A stretch of 64,000 nucleotides of DNA, taken from assembly GCA_964016885.1 (NCBI GenBank), contig OZ024765.1, positions 18,476,001 to 18,540,000 of the forward strand, read 5' to 3'. This document shows, one piece after another, positions 23,001 to 38,000 of this stretch. The notes beneath the pieces are model-generated. The model was not told the origin of the DNA. It saw nothing but the letters and a program-made list of their open reading frames with translations, and ran no database searches. Each line of letters opens with the position of its first letter. Position 1 is the first letter of the stretch. The translations under genes were made by a program, and so were the position numbers. Origin of the DNA: Eledone cirrhosa (Eukaryota).

Positions 23001-26000
23001 ATAAACACAAGGTGTATGTTTTACGTAACATTTCATTTTAATGTCTGATGTTCCTGTATTTCACATTTAAAATGTAACCAAAAGTAAACAAGACAGGGAC
23101 GCTACATCAAAATAAACCACACAGACGAGGTACGAATAATCTAAAATTAATTTTAACAAACTATAAACGATGTTTAAAGAGAGACGAACATTAAAATAGG
23201 ATTTCAAACAAACACGTAAACACAAAGACAATTACAGCCGCCATAATCTAATATCTGAAGATCAACATTTTTCACGATAGAAATAAAACTAAATATGTAA
23301 AGTTTAGTGGCCCCTGATTTACTTGCTTTTAATTTCATTTCGATAATCTGTATTCTGTAGACATATATTTATGATTTTAATGATGAAATTTCCTCTTGTC
23401 TTTAAAAGATTATTACTTATAAAAATTATAATAGTCACCTCCTCCTCTCGATTAATATATAGCATCATTCGAGGTAGCTTACCCACAGGGGTTCCTCAAC
23501 TGGGCGGTTTCAACTATTGGGTGGGCGATGAGCAGCTGAATAGAAAATTGAGGGCCATTGGAAACTTTGGTGGCCGATATAGAATTTTGAGATTTAAGAA
23601 GGTATGCTACCCGAAAACCTATTCAAGGAATATATGCAAAGAACCTGAATAAAAATCAGGAAGCTAATTGGGAAAATTAAACCAGGAACAAACATTTACG
23701 AAACATATTTGGTATACTTTGGAATATTTACTATACAGGTGGCTGGTGGAACATTTTTTCATGTGAATGTGGGAAATGACGCCAAAATATTTGGCAACCC
23801 TTGGCTTACACCTTACTAAATGTTCTGGAGACAAGCCTCTTCGCTATATATCATAGTTCTTCAATCCTTCATCTTCCACAGTTGGTGAAGTATTTCGATT
23901 TGATATGACGATCGCAGAGTTAGATTTAGGACGTGGTGGCGTTCATGGGTTTCTTAGTGTTGTTACTAGAAAGGGTCGACTCTGTCTTTCACACTTCAGG
24001 TTTTTTCATGAATTAAATATCCATTTTCTTTCTGATCGGTCTAACAATGATTTGAACCTACAATGACTCCGTCTGTAATAATGTTCTCTTATTTGAAATA
24101 TGCCATACCTAACTCCCGTGTCTGTGTGTGTGAAAAATATTCCAACTTAGAGCGACGTGCCCGTAAATTGTTTAGCCTGATTCCTATATATAGATAATGT
24201 GTAATATTTCAACCTTCATGGAGGGTCTTTGCCGTAATTTCCCGTAACTCCGACTAGAAGTCATTATGTAGTTTTTTCGTCCGTTAAAAATAATGATTAA
24301 AACAATTCTATATCCACAGTTATATACACCTCTTCATCACATATTATATTATTTCCACCAATAACTACATTATATCCTTAAATATGACACCAAGACATAT
24401 AATTTGTAAATAAAAGATAAAATATTAAAACCTCAATTTTTAAATAATTTTACCCCACCTTTGTGTTCTCAGTGTTTAGATTAACCCATAATTTTATGAT
24501 TTGGGAGCATATAACTTATAGTACCAGTCATGTACTGGGATCAATTTAACGGATTGGTTCCTCCCCGCAAATTAATTGACTTTTGCCTAAGTAAGACATA
24601 CTCACAGAATGTATCGATGTATATGTATGAATGTATATATATATTAGTATATTTTATGTTTACAATAAAAATAGACAAACAATTTAATGATAATATGAAA
24701 TGAAATTATTATTATTTATTAATAATATTTTTATTGTTTTCACTGCATTAACTTCTGAGTGTGACTTTGTTTTTCTTACTATTTTCTACTGTAAATGGCG
24801 GCTTAATTGGATTATTACTAAGGTTTACTGGATTGTGGTGTTTCTTTATTGTTTTATATTTCAATCAGTGGACATCAGGATAGCTTTCTATATATCTGGG
24901 ATAAATGTAATGAGTACTGACTTTCATCTGCAGTTCAATGGTGATGTCTTCTTATATTTTCATTTACTTCTGCAATACTGTATATTGTAGTCTTTTCATT
25001 ATTTTAAATATTTCTATCATGTCACTCGTTTGATATATCTCCCCGAAAGATATAGTTATTCAGAGCTTTACATTGGAATAGTGTACTACTATTTAAATAT
25101 TAGTCCTTTAAATATATATTTCTATCATGTCCCCCCCCCACCCTCTTAGATTTATCTCCTCTAAATTTGCAATCCCTAAAGTTTAACATCTTTCTTCAGA
25201 AGACAGATTTCTTAATAATTCTGGTGTTTTCTGTTTTGTTCTTTTCTGGATTCCTTCAATAGCTTCTCCGTATTTTCTGAAGTCGTCTGACCATGCCCCA
25301 AAACAATATTCTAGGTCGTATCACACATATCATTCAACTAGTGTTTTAGACCTCTCGACATTTAGCTAGGCAAAGGAATGTTTTATTATTCCTATCATCT
25401 GAATTCCTTTTTTTTCTTCAACATGTTTAGCCATCTTTAAAATCATATTCATACATATTCACAATTCCTCGTGGAGGGGTATAAGAGACATGTATAAATA
25501 TAGCTGCATATTACTACAAAATAACTTGAACCATATCGCGAAACATTTTGTAAAGTATCTCTGTAATTATTCTCATTTCGATTTTCTGTAGAATGTATTG
25601 ACGTTTAAGATAGAGACAATTGCCCTTCTTCTAATAATCTCGTTGTCCATTCCATGTTTTAGTCTCACAAAATATTGTTAATGCAAGATTTTGCTCTAAT
25701 GTAATAAATGTTACTTTTAAAAGAGCGAAGTTCTCAATTTTCTTCTTTCTCTTGTATATTGATATCTAAAGGATGACAAATGTATGAATTATGTGATAGG
25801 GAGGAAAAAAAGCCACGACCTTCTTCTCTCGTTACAGAAGGCTAACTGACAACGTCTTTCGCAGGAGTGACTAGTACTACTGCCTTTTATATACCGTGAC
25901 AACTGGAAAGACGTGACAAATAAGGATACACTCTGCTCTCCTTATCAACATTGTCCGAGTCTGAGGACCTTTCCTCCCTGGTTAAGGAGTGAGATAAAAT

Positions 26001-29000
26001 ATTAGGGATCAATCTCTAGCAATAATTTCATTAAATCATATTTAACCAGAGACTGTTATGTCGTGGTTGTTGCTATATTTTATAGTCGTGGTTTCAATGT
26101 TTAACAGGGGTTGTAGAATTAGCTTTATCTAATTATTATCAAACAAAACAGATTTATATATTGTCGCCGTTGTACGTTAAAATCACATATATATTTATAT
26201 ACACACTAAGGATGGAGGGACGACGGAATTGAAAACCATTATTGCTGAGTACATCACGGCAAGATCTAATACACACACACACTCTCCCGTATATTTAATA
26301 ATCAGCTATGACCATGAAGAAGGTCCCTGTAGATCATCTGGTTGTAGGATCTAATGAACCCGAAAGAAAGTGAAAATATATTTTATGAAAGCCCCAGAAG
26401 AATAAATGTAAACATTGACCCGATTATAGTAGAAATAAGAATGAGAAAGCCATGAACGCCAGCACATCTATTTTGCTTGGAAATTAAAAGTAGGTTTATA
26501 AATATTAATTTTTTCTTATGTTCTTGGATCTGTTTGGTAGGTGTTAGAGACTATGTAGACACTGATGTGGTGTTCAATCTCAGTCCGAATCTGTACTATA
26601 TATTTTTAAATTTAAATTTTTCTCTAGTAAAGTAAAAAATGAAATTATTATCTATAGACTTTGACTGAAATAGAAACCCAGAGCAGGTTCTCCACCGTCT
26701 CTAATACCTACCATTAGGCCACGGAGACAGATATAAAAACAGTGTGAAAATTAATATTTATAAAGTTACTTTTTTATTTTTGTTTTATACTATAAAAAAT
26801 ATAATACGACACACTGCCAGTGATTGAACCCCGGACCTGGACCTCCACCGGCTCTTATACTTACCACTAGGCTAAAGGGACGATTACAGAAACTTACTTA
26901 AAAATTGATATTTATAAACCTACTTTTTCATTACTAGAAAAACCGGAAGTGGAGAAAATTGAAAAACATCTTCTTTTTCTTCCTCTGATTTTTTTTTATC
27001 CAAAATTTGGATTTAAGTCAGAGACGAGTTATCGTTCGTGGCAAAAATCAGAGGAAGAAAAAGAAAAAGTTTTTCAATTTTCTCCACTTCCGGTTTTTTC
27101 TAGTATAGGTAAGTAAATATTAATTTTCAAAAAATTTTTGTAACCGTCCCTGTGGCCTAATGGTAAGCACTAGAGACGGTGGAGATCCTGATTTAGGGTT
27201 CGATTTCCGTTAGGTTATATACTAATAACTGCGTATTTGTTTCTTTTATTTAAGTAAGATTTGAACTAATAATGCTGTACTTTGTAGTAATGTCCCATAT
27301 TATATTCAACATATTTTAATTAAAATTTATTTTTTTTATAAAAGAAAGAACAAAAAACCTTATTGAAATTAAGAAATGAATTTTATTCAGTAAAGTTGTT
27401 TTTATTTTGTTTTCACTTCATTAACTGCTGAATACGTCTTTTGTTTTTGTTTTTGATTCTTTCTAACCATTGTTTACTGTGAATGGTGACTGCAACGAAC
27501 CTGGATTATTACTAAGTTTCACTGGATGATTGTATTATTTTGTTGTCAGTGGACATCTGGACATCTATCTAAATATCTGGAATAAACACAAGGTGTGTGT
27601 TTTACGTAACATTTCATTTTAATGTCTGATGTTCCTGTATTTCACATTTAAAATGTAACCAAAAATAAACAAGACAGGGACGCTACATCAAAATAAACCA
27701 CACAGACGAGGTACGAATAATCTAAAATTAATTTTAACAAACTATAAACGATGTTTAAAGAGAGACGAACATTAAAATAGGATTTCAAACAAACACGTAA
27801 ACACAAAGACAATTACAGCCGCCATAATCTAATATCTGAAGATCAACATTTTTCACGATAGAAATAAAACTAAATATGTAAAGTTTAGTGGCCCCTGATT
27901 TACTTGCTTTTAATTTCATTTTGATAATCTGTATTCTGTAGACATATATTTATGATTTTAATGATGAAATTTCCTCTTGTCTTTAAAAGATTATTACTTA
28001 TAAAAATTATAATAGTCACCTCCTCCTCACGAGTAATATGTAGCTTACCCACAGGGGTTCCTCAACTGGGCGGTTTCAACTGTTGGGTGGGCGATGAGCA
28101 GCTGAACAGAAAATTGAGGGCCATTGGAAACTTTGGTGGCCGATGTAGAATTTTGAGATTTAAGAAGGTATGCTACCCGAAAACCTATTCAAGGAATATA
28201 TGCAAAGAACCTGAATAAAAATCAGGAAGCTAATTGTGAAAATTGAACCAGGAACAAACATTTACGAAACATATTTGGTATACTTTGGAATATTTACTAT
28301 ACAGGTGGCTGGTGGAACATTTTTTCATGTGAATGTGGGAAATGATGCCAAAATATTTGGCAACCCTTGGCTTACACCTTACTAAATGTTCTGGAGACAA
28401 GCCTCTTCGCTATATATCATAGTTCTTAAATCCTTCATCTTCCACAGTTGGTGAAGTATTTCGATTTGATATGACGATCGCAAAGTTAGATTTAGGACGT
28501 GGTGGCGTTCATGGGTTTCTTAGTGTTGTTACTAGAAAGGGTCGACTCTGTCTTTCACACTTCAGGTTTTTTCATGAATTAAATATCCATTTTCTTTCTG
28601 ATCGGTCTAACAATGATTTGTACCTACAATGACTCCGTCTGTAATAATGTTCTCTTATTTGAAATATGCCATACCTAACTCCCGTGTCTGTGTGTGTGAA
28701 AAATATTCCAACTTAGAGCGACGTGCCCGTAAATTGTTTAGCCTGATTCCTATATATAGATAATGTGTAATATTTCAACCTTCATGGAGGATCTTTGCCG
28801 TAATTTCCCGTAACTCCGACTAGAAGTCATTATGTAGTTTTTTCGTCCGTTAAAAATAATGATTAAAACAATTCTATATCCACAGTTATATACACCTCTT
28901 CATCACATATATTATTTCCACCAATAACTACATTATATCCTTAAATATGACACCAAGACATATAATTTGTAAATAAAAGATGAAATATTAAAACCTCATT

Positions 29001-32000
29001 TTTTATATAATTTTACCCCACCTTTGTGTTCTCAGTGTTTAGATTAACCCATAATTTTATGATTTGGGAGCATATAACTTATAGTACCAGTCATGTACTG
29101 GGATCAATTTAACGGATTGGTTCCTCCCCGCAAATTACTTGACTTTTGCCTAAGTAAGACATACTCACAGAATGTATCGATGTATATGTATGAATGTATA
29201 TATATATTAGTATATGTTGTTTACAATAAAAATAGACAAACAATTTAATCATAATATGAAATGAAATTATTATTATTTATTAATAATATTTTTATTGTTT
29301 TCACTGCATTAACTTCTGAGTGCGACTTTGTTTTTCTTACTATTTTCTACTGTAAATGGCGGCTTAATTGGATTATTACTAAGGTTTACTGGATTGTGGT
29401 GTTTCTTTATTGTTTTATATTTCAATCAGTGGACATCAGGATAGCTTTCTATATACCTGGGATAAATGTAAAGAGTACTGACTTTCATCTGCAGTTCAAT
29501 GGTGATGTCTTCTTATATTTTCATTTACTTCTGCAATACTGTATATTGTAGTCTTTTCATTATTTTAAATATTTCTATCATGTCACTCGTTTGATATATC
29601 TCCCCGAAAGATATAGTTATTCAGAGCTTTACATTAGAATAGTGTACTACTATTTAAATATTAGTCCTTTAAATATATATTTCCATCATGTCCCCCCCCC
29701 CCAACCCTCTTAGATTTATCTCCTCTAAATTTGCAATCCCTAAAGTTTAACATCTTTCTTCAGAAGACAGATTTCTTAATAATTCTGGTGTTTTCTGTTT
29801 TGTTCTTTTCTGGATTCCTTCAATAGCTTCTCCGTATTTTCTGAAGTCGTCTGACCATGCCCCAAAACAATATTCTAGGTCGTATCACACATATCATTCA
29901 ACTAGTGTTTTAGACCTCTCGACATTTAGCTAGGCAAAGGAATGTTTTATTATTCCTATCATCTGAATTCCTTTTTTTTCTTCAACATGTTTAGCCATCT
30001 TTAAAATCATATTCATACATATTCACAATTCCTCGTGGAGGGGTATAAGAGACATGTATAAATATAGCTGCATATTACTACAAAATAACTTGAACCATAT
30101 CGCGAAACATTTTGTAAAGTATCTCTGTAATTATTCTCATTTCGATTTTCTGTAGAATGTATTGACGTTTAAGATAGAGACAATTGCCCTTCTTCTGATA
30201 ATCTCTTTGTCCATTCCATGTTTTAGTCTCACAAAATATTGTTAATGCAAGATTTTGCTCTAATGTAATAAATGTTACTTTTAAAAGACCGAAGTTCTCA
30301 ATTTTCTTCTTTCTCTTGTATATTGATATCTAAAGGATGACAAATGTATGAATTATGTGATAGGGAGGAAAAAAGCCACAACCTTCTTCTCTCGTTACAG
30401 AAGGCTAACTGACAACGTCTTTCGCAGGAGTGACTAGTACCACTGCCTTTTATATACCGTGACAACTGGAAAGACGTGACAAATAAGGATACACTCTGCT
30501 CTCCTTATCAACATTGTCCGAGTCTGAGGACCTTTCCTCCCTGGTTAAGGAGTGAGATAAAATATTAGGGATCAATCTCTAGCAATAATTTCATTAAATC
30601 ATATTTAACCAGAGACTGTTATGTCGTGGTTGTTGCTATATTTTATAGTCGTGGTTTCAATGTTTAACAGGGGTTGTAGAATTAGCTTTATCTAATTATT
30701 ATCAAACAAAACAGATTTATATATTGTCGCCGTTGTACGTTAAAATCACATATATATTTATATACACACTAAGGATGGAGGGACGACGGAATTGAAAACG
30801 ATTATTGCTGAGTACATCACGGCAAGATCTAATACACACACACACACACACACACTCTCCCGTATATATTTAATAATCAGCTATGACCATGAAGAAGGTC
30901 CCTGTAGATCATCTGGTTGTAGGATCTAATGAACCCGAAAGAAAGTGAAAATATATTTTATGAAAGCCCCAGAAGAATAAATGTAAACATTGACCCGATT
31001 ATAGTAGAAATAAGAATGAGAAAGCCATGAACGCCAGCACATCTATTTTGCTTGGAAATTAAAAGTAGGTTTATAAATATTAATTTTTTCTTATGTTCTT
31101 GTATCTGTTTGGTAGGTGTTAGAGACTATGTAGACACTGATGTGGTGTTCAATCTCAGTCCGAATCTGTACTATATATTTTTAAATTTAAATTTTTCTCT
31201 AGTAAAGTAAAAAATGAAATTATTACCTATAGACTTTGACTGAAATCGAAACCCAGAGCAGGTTCTCCACCGTCTCTAATACCTACCATTAGGCCACGGA
31301 GACAGATATAAAAACAGTGTGAAAATTAATATTTATAAAGTTACTTTTTTATTTTTGTTTTATACTATAAAAAATATAATACGACACACTGCCAGTGATT
31401 GAACCCCGGACCTGGACCTCCACCGGCTCTTATACTTACCACTAGGCTAAAGGGACGGTTACAGAAACTTACTGAAAATTGATATTTATAAACCTACTTT
31501 TTCATTACTAGAAAAAACCGGAAGTGGAGAAAATTGAAAAACATCTTCTTTTTCTTCCTCTGATTTTTTTTTATCCAAAATTTGAATTTAAGTCAGAGAC
31601 GAGTTATCGTTCGTGGCAAAAATCAGAGGAAGAAAAAGAAGAAGTTTTTCAATTTTCTCAACTTCCGGTTTTTTCTAGTATAGGTAAGTAAATATTAATT
31701 TTAAAAAATTTTTTGTAACCGTCCCTGTGGCCTAATGGTAAGCACTAGAGACGGTGGAGATCCTGATTTAGGGTTCGATTTCCGTTAGGTTTTATACTAA
31801 TAACTGCGTATTTGTTTCTTTTATTAAGTAAGATTTGAACTAATAATGCTGTACTTTGTAGTAATGTCCCATATTATATTTAACATATTTTAATTAAAAT
31901 TTATTTTTTTTATAAAAGAAAGAAAAAACCTTATTGAAATTAAGAAATGAATTTTATTCAGTAAAGTTGTTTTTATTTTGTTTTCACTTCATTAACTGCT

Positions 32001-35000
32001 GAATACGTCTTTTGTTTTTGTTTTTGATTCTTTCTAACCATTGTTTACTGTGAATGGTGACTGAAACGAACCTGGATTATTACCAAGTTTCACTGGATGA
32101 TTGTATTATTTTGTTGTCAGTGGACATCTGGACATCTATCTAAATACCTGGAAGAAACACAAGGTGTGTGTTTTACGTAACATTTCATTTTAATGTCTGA
32201 TGTTCCTGTATTTCACATTTAAAATGTAACCAAAAATAAACAAGACAGGGACGCTACATCAAAATAAACCACACAGACGAGGTACGAATAATCTAAAATT
32301 AATTTTAACAAACTATTAACGATGTTTAAAGAGAGACGAACATTAAAATAGGATTTCAAACAAACACGTAAACGCAAAGACAATTACAGCCGCCATAATC
32401 TAATATCTGAAGATCAACATTTTTCACGATAGAAATAAAACTAAATATGTAAAGTTTAGTGGCCCCTGATTTACTTGCTTTTAATTTCATTTTGATAATC
32501 TGTATTCTGTAGACATATATTTATGATTTTAATGATGAAATTTCCTCTTGTCTTTAAAAGATTATTACTTATAAAAATTATAATAGTCACCTCCTCCTCT
32601 CGATTAATATGTAGCTTACCCACAGGGGTTCCTCAACTGGGCGGTTTCAACTGTTGGGTGCGCGATGAGCAGCTGAACAGAAAATTGAGGGCCATTGGAA
32701 ACTTTGGTGGCCGATATAGAATTTTGAGATTTAAGAAGGTATGCTACCCGAAAACCTATTCAAGGAATATATGCAAAGAACCTGAATAAAAATCAGGAAG
32801 CTAATTGGGAAAATTAAACCAGGAACAAACATTTACGAAACATATTTGGTATACTTTGGAATATTTACTATACAGGTGACTGGTGGAACATTTTTTCATG
32901 TGAATGTGGGAAATGACGCCAAAATATTTGGCAACCCTTGGCTCACAACTTACTAAATGTTCTGGAGACAAGCCTCTTCGCTATATATCATAGTTCTTCA
33001 ATCCTTCATCTTCCACAGTTGGTGAAGTATTTCGATTTGATATGACGATCGCAGAGTTAGATTTAGGACGTGGTGGCGTTCATGGGTTTCTTAGTGTTGT
33101 TACTAGAAAGGGTCGACTCTGTCTTTCACACTTCAGGTTTTTTCATGAATTAAATATCCATTTTCTTTCTGATCGGTCTAACAATGATTTGAACCTACAA
33201 TGACTCCGTCTGTAATAATGTTCTCTTATTTGAAATATGCCATACCTAACTCCCGTGTCTGTGTGTGTGAAAAATATTCCAACTTAGAGCGACGTGCCCG
33301 TAAATTGTTTAGCCTGATTCCTATATATAGATAATGTGTAATATTTGAACCTTCATGGAGGGTCTTTGCCGTAATTTCCCGTAACTCCGACTAGAAGTCA
33401 TTATGTAGTTTTTTCGTCCGTTAAAAATAATGATTAAAACAATTCTATATCCAGAGTTATATACACCCCTTCATCACATATTATATTATTTCCACCAATA
33501 ACTACATTATATCCTTAAATATGACACCAAGACATATAATTTGTAAATAAAAGATGAAATATTAAAACCTCAATTTTAAAATAATTTTACCCCACCTTTG
33601 TGTTCTCAGTGTTTAGATTAACCCATAATTTTATGATTTTGGAGCATATAACTTATAGTACCAGTCATGTACTGGGATCAATTTAACGGATTGGTTCCTC
33701 CCCGCAAATTACTTGACTTTTGCCTAAGTAAGACATACTCACAGAATGTATCGATGTATATGTATGAATGTATATATATATTAGTATATTTTATGTTTAC
33801 AATAAAAATAGACAAACAATTTAATGATAATATGAAATGAAATTATTATTATTTATTAATAATATTTTTATTGTTTTCACTGCATTAACTTCTGAGTGTG
33901 ACTTTGTTTTTCTTACTATTTTCTACTGTAAATGGCGGCTTAATTGGATTATTACTAAGGTTTACTGGATTGTGGTGTTTCTTTATTGTTTTATATTTCA
34001 ATCAGTGGACATCAGGATAGCTTTCTATATACCTGGGATAAATGTAAAGAGTACTGACTTTCATCTGCAGTTCAATGGTGATGTCTTCTTATATTTTCAT
34101 TTACTTCTGCAATACTGTATATTGTAGTCTTTTCATTATTTTAAATATTTCTATCATGTCACTCGTTTGATATATCTCCCCGAAAGATATAGTTATTCAG
34201 AGCTTTACATTGGAATAGTGTACTACTATTTAAATATTAGTCCTTTAAATATATATTTCTATCATGCCCCCCCCCCCCCCCCCCCCTAGATTTATCTCCT
34301 CTAAATTTGCAATCCCTAAAGTTTAACATCTTTCTTCAGAAGACAGATTTCTTAATAATTCTGGTGTTTTCTGTTTTGTTCTTTTCTGGATTCCTTCAAT
34401 AGCTTCTCCGTATTTTCTGAAGTCGTCTGACCATGCCCCAAAACAATATTCTAGGTCGTATCACACATATCATTCAACTAGTGTTTTAGACCTCTCGACA
34501 TTTAGCTAGGCAAAGGAATGTTTTATTATTCCTATCATCTGAATTCCTTTTTTTTCTTCAACATGTTTAGCCATCTTTAAAATCATATTCATACATATTC
34601 ACAATTCCTCGTGGAGGGGTATAAGAGACATGTATAAATATAGCTGCATATTACTACAAAATAACTTGAACCATATCGCGAAACATTTTGTAAAGTATCT
34701 CTGTAATTATTCTCATTTCGATTTTCTGTAGAATGTATTGACGTTTAAGATAGAGACAATTGCCCTTCTTCTAATAATCTCTTTGTCCATTCCATGTTTT
34801 AGTCTCACAAAATATTGTTAATGCAAGATTTTGCTCTAATGTAATAAATGTTACTTTTAAAAGAGCGAAGTTCTCAATTTTCTTCTTTCTCTTGTATATT
34901 GATATCTAAAGGATGACAAATGTATGAATTATGTGATAGGGAGGAAAAAGGCCACGACCTTCTTCTCTCGTTACAGAAGGCTAACTGACAACGTCTTTCG

Positions 35001-38000
35001 CAGGAGTGACTAGTACTACTGCCTTTTATATACCGTGACAACTGGAAAGACGTGACAAATAAGGATACACTCTGCTCTCCTTATCAACATTGTCCGAGTC
35101 TGAGGACCTTTCCTCCCTGGTTAAGGAGTGAGATAAAATATTAGGGATCAATCTCTAGCAATAATTTCATTAAATCATATTTAACCAGAGACTGTTATGT
35201 CGTGGTTGTTGCTATATTTTATAGTCGTGGTTTCAATGTTTAACAGGGGTTGTAGAATTAGCTTTCTCTAATTATTATCAAACAAAACAGATTTATATAT
35301 TGTCGCCGTTGTACGTTAAAATCACATATATATTTATATACACACCAAGGATGGAAGGACGACGGAATTGAAAACCATTATTGCTGAGTACATCACGGCA
35401 AGATCTAATACACACACACACTCTCCCGTATATATTTAATAATCAGCTATGACCATGAAAAAGGTCCCTGTAGATCATCTGGTTGTAGGATCTAATGAAC
35501 CCGAAAGAAAGTGAAAATATATTTTATGAAAGCCCCAGAAGAAGAAATGTAAACATTGACCCGATTATAGTAGAAATAAGAATGAGAAAGCCATGAACGC
35601 CAGCACATCTATTTTGCTTGGAAATTAAAAGTAGGTTTATAAATATTAATTTTTTCTTATGTTCTTGTATCTGTTTGGTAGGTGTTAGAGACTATGTAGA
35701 CACTGATGTGGTGTTCAATCTCAGTCCGAATCTGTACTATATATTTTTAAATTTAAATTTTTCTCTAGTAAAGTAAAAAATGAAATTATTATCTATAGAC
35801 TTTGACTGAAATCGAAACCCAGAGCAGGTTCTTCACCGTCTCTAATACCTACCATTAGGCCACGGAGACAGATATAAAAACAGTGTGAAAATTAATATTT
35901 ATAAAGTTACTTTTTTATTTTTGTTTTATACTATAAAAAATATAATACGACACACTGCCAGTGATTGAACCCCGGACATGGACATCCACCGGCTCTTATA
36001 CTTACCACTAGGCTAAAGGGACGATTACAGAAACTTACTTAAAAATTGATATTTATAAACCTACTTTTTCATTACTAGAAAAAACCGGAAGTGGAGAAAA
36101 TTGAAAAACATCTTCTTTTTCTTCCTCTGATTTTTTTTTATCCAAAATTTGGATTTAAGTCAGAGACGAGTTATCGTTCGTGGCAAAAATCAGAGGAAGA
36201 AAAAGAAGAAGTTTTTCAATTTTCTCCACTTCCGGTTTTTTCTAGTATAGGTAAGTAAATATTAATTTTCAAAAAATTTTTGTAACCGTCCCTGTGGCCT
36301 AATGGTAAGCACTAGAGACGGTGGAGATCCTGAGTTAGGGTTCGATTTCCGTTAGGTTTTATACTAATAACTGCGTATTTGTATCTTTTATTTAAGTAAG
36401 ATTTGAACTAATAATGCTGTACTTTGTAGTAATGTCCCATATTATATTCAACATATTTTAATTAAAATTTATTTTTTTTATAAAAGAAAGAACAAAAAAC
36501 CTTATTGAAATTAAGAAATGAATTTTATTCAGTAAAGTTGTTTTTATTTTGTTTTCACTTCATTAACTGCTGAATACGTCTTTTGTTTTTGTTTTTGATT
36601 CTTTCTAACCATTGTTTACTGTGAATGGTGACTGCAACGAACCTGGATTATTACCAAGTTTCACTGGATGATTGTAATATTTTGTCGTCAGTGGACATCT
36701 GGACATCTATCTAAATACCTGGAATAAACACAAGGTGTGTGTTTTACGTAACATTTCATTTTAATGTCTGATGTTCCTGTATTTCACATTTAAAATGTAA
36801 CCAAAAGTAAACAAGACAGGGACGCTACATCAAAATAAACCACACAGACGAGGTACGAATAATCTAAAATTAATTTTAACAAACTATAAACGATGTTTAA
36901 AGAGAGACGAACATTAAAATAGGATTTCAAACAAACACGTAAACACAAAGACAATTACAGCCGCCATAATCTAATATCTGAAGATCAACATTTTTCACGA
37001 TAGAAATAAAACTAAATATGTAAAGTTTAGTGGCCCCTGATTTACTTGCTTTTAATTTCATTTTGATAATCTGTATTCTGTAGACATATATTTATGATTT
37101 TAATGATGAAATTTCCTCTTGTCTTTAAAAGATTATTACTTATAAAAATTATAATAGTCACCTCCTCCTCTCGATTAATATGTAGCTTACCCACAGGGGT
37201 TCCTCAACTGGGCGGTTTCAACTGTTGGGTGGGCGATGAGCAGCTGAACAGAAAATTGAGGGCCATTGGAAACTTTGGTGGCCGATATAGAATTTTGAGA
37301 TTTAAGAAGGTATGCTACCCGAAAACCTATTCAAGGAATATATGCAAAGAACCTGAATAAAAATCAGGAAGCTAATTGGGAAAATTAAACCAGGAACAAA
37401 CATTTACGAAACATATTTGGTATACTTTGGAATATTTACTATACAGGTGGCTGGTGGAACATTTTTTCATGTGAATGTGGGAAATGATGCCAAAATATTT
37501 GGCAACCCTTGGCTTACACCTTACTAAATGTTCTGGAGACAAGCCTCTTCGCTATATATCATAGTTCTTCAATCCTTCATCTTCCACAGTTGGTGAAGTA
37601 TTTCGATTTGATATGACGATCGCAGAGTTAGATTTAGGACGTGGTGGCGTTCATGGGTTTCTTAGTGTTGTTACTAGAAAGGGTCGACTCTGTCTTTCAC
37701 ACTTCAGGTTTTTTCATGAATTAAATATCCATTTTCTTTCTGATCGGTCTAACAATGATTTGAACCTACAATGACTCCGTCTGTAATAATGTTCTCTTAT
37801 TTGAAATATGCCATACCTAACTCCCGTGTCTGTGTGTGTGAAAAATATTCCAACTTAGAGCGACGTGCCCGTAAATTGTTTAGCCTGATTCCTATATATA
37901 GATAATGTGTAATATTTCAACCTTCATGGAGGATCTTTGCCGTAATTTCCCGTAACTCCGACTAGAAGTCATTATGTAGTTTTTTCGTCCGTTAAAAATA

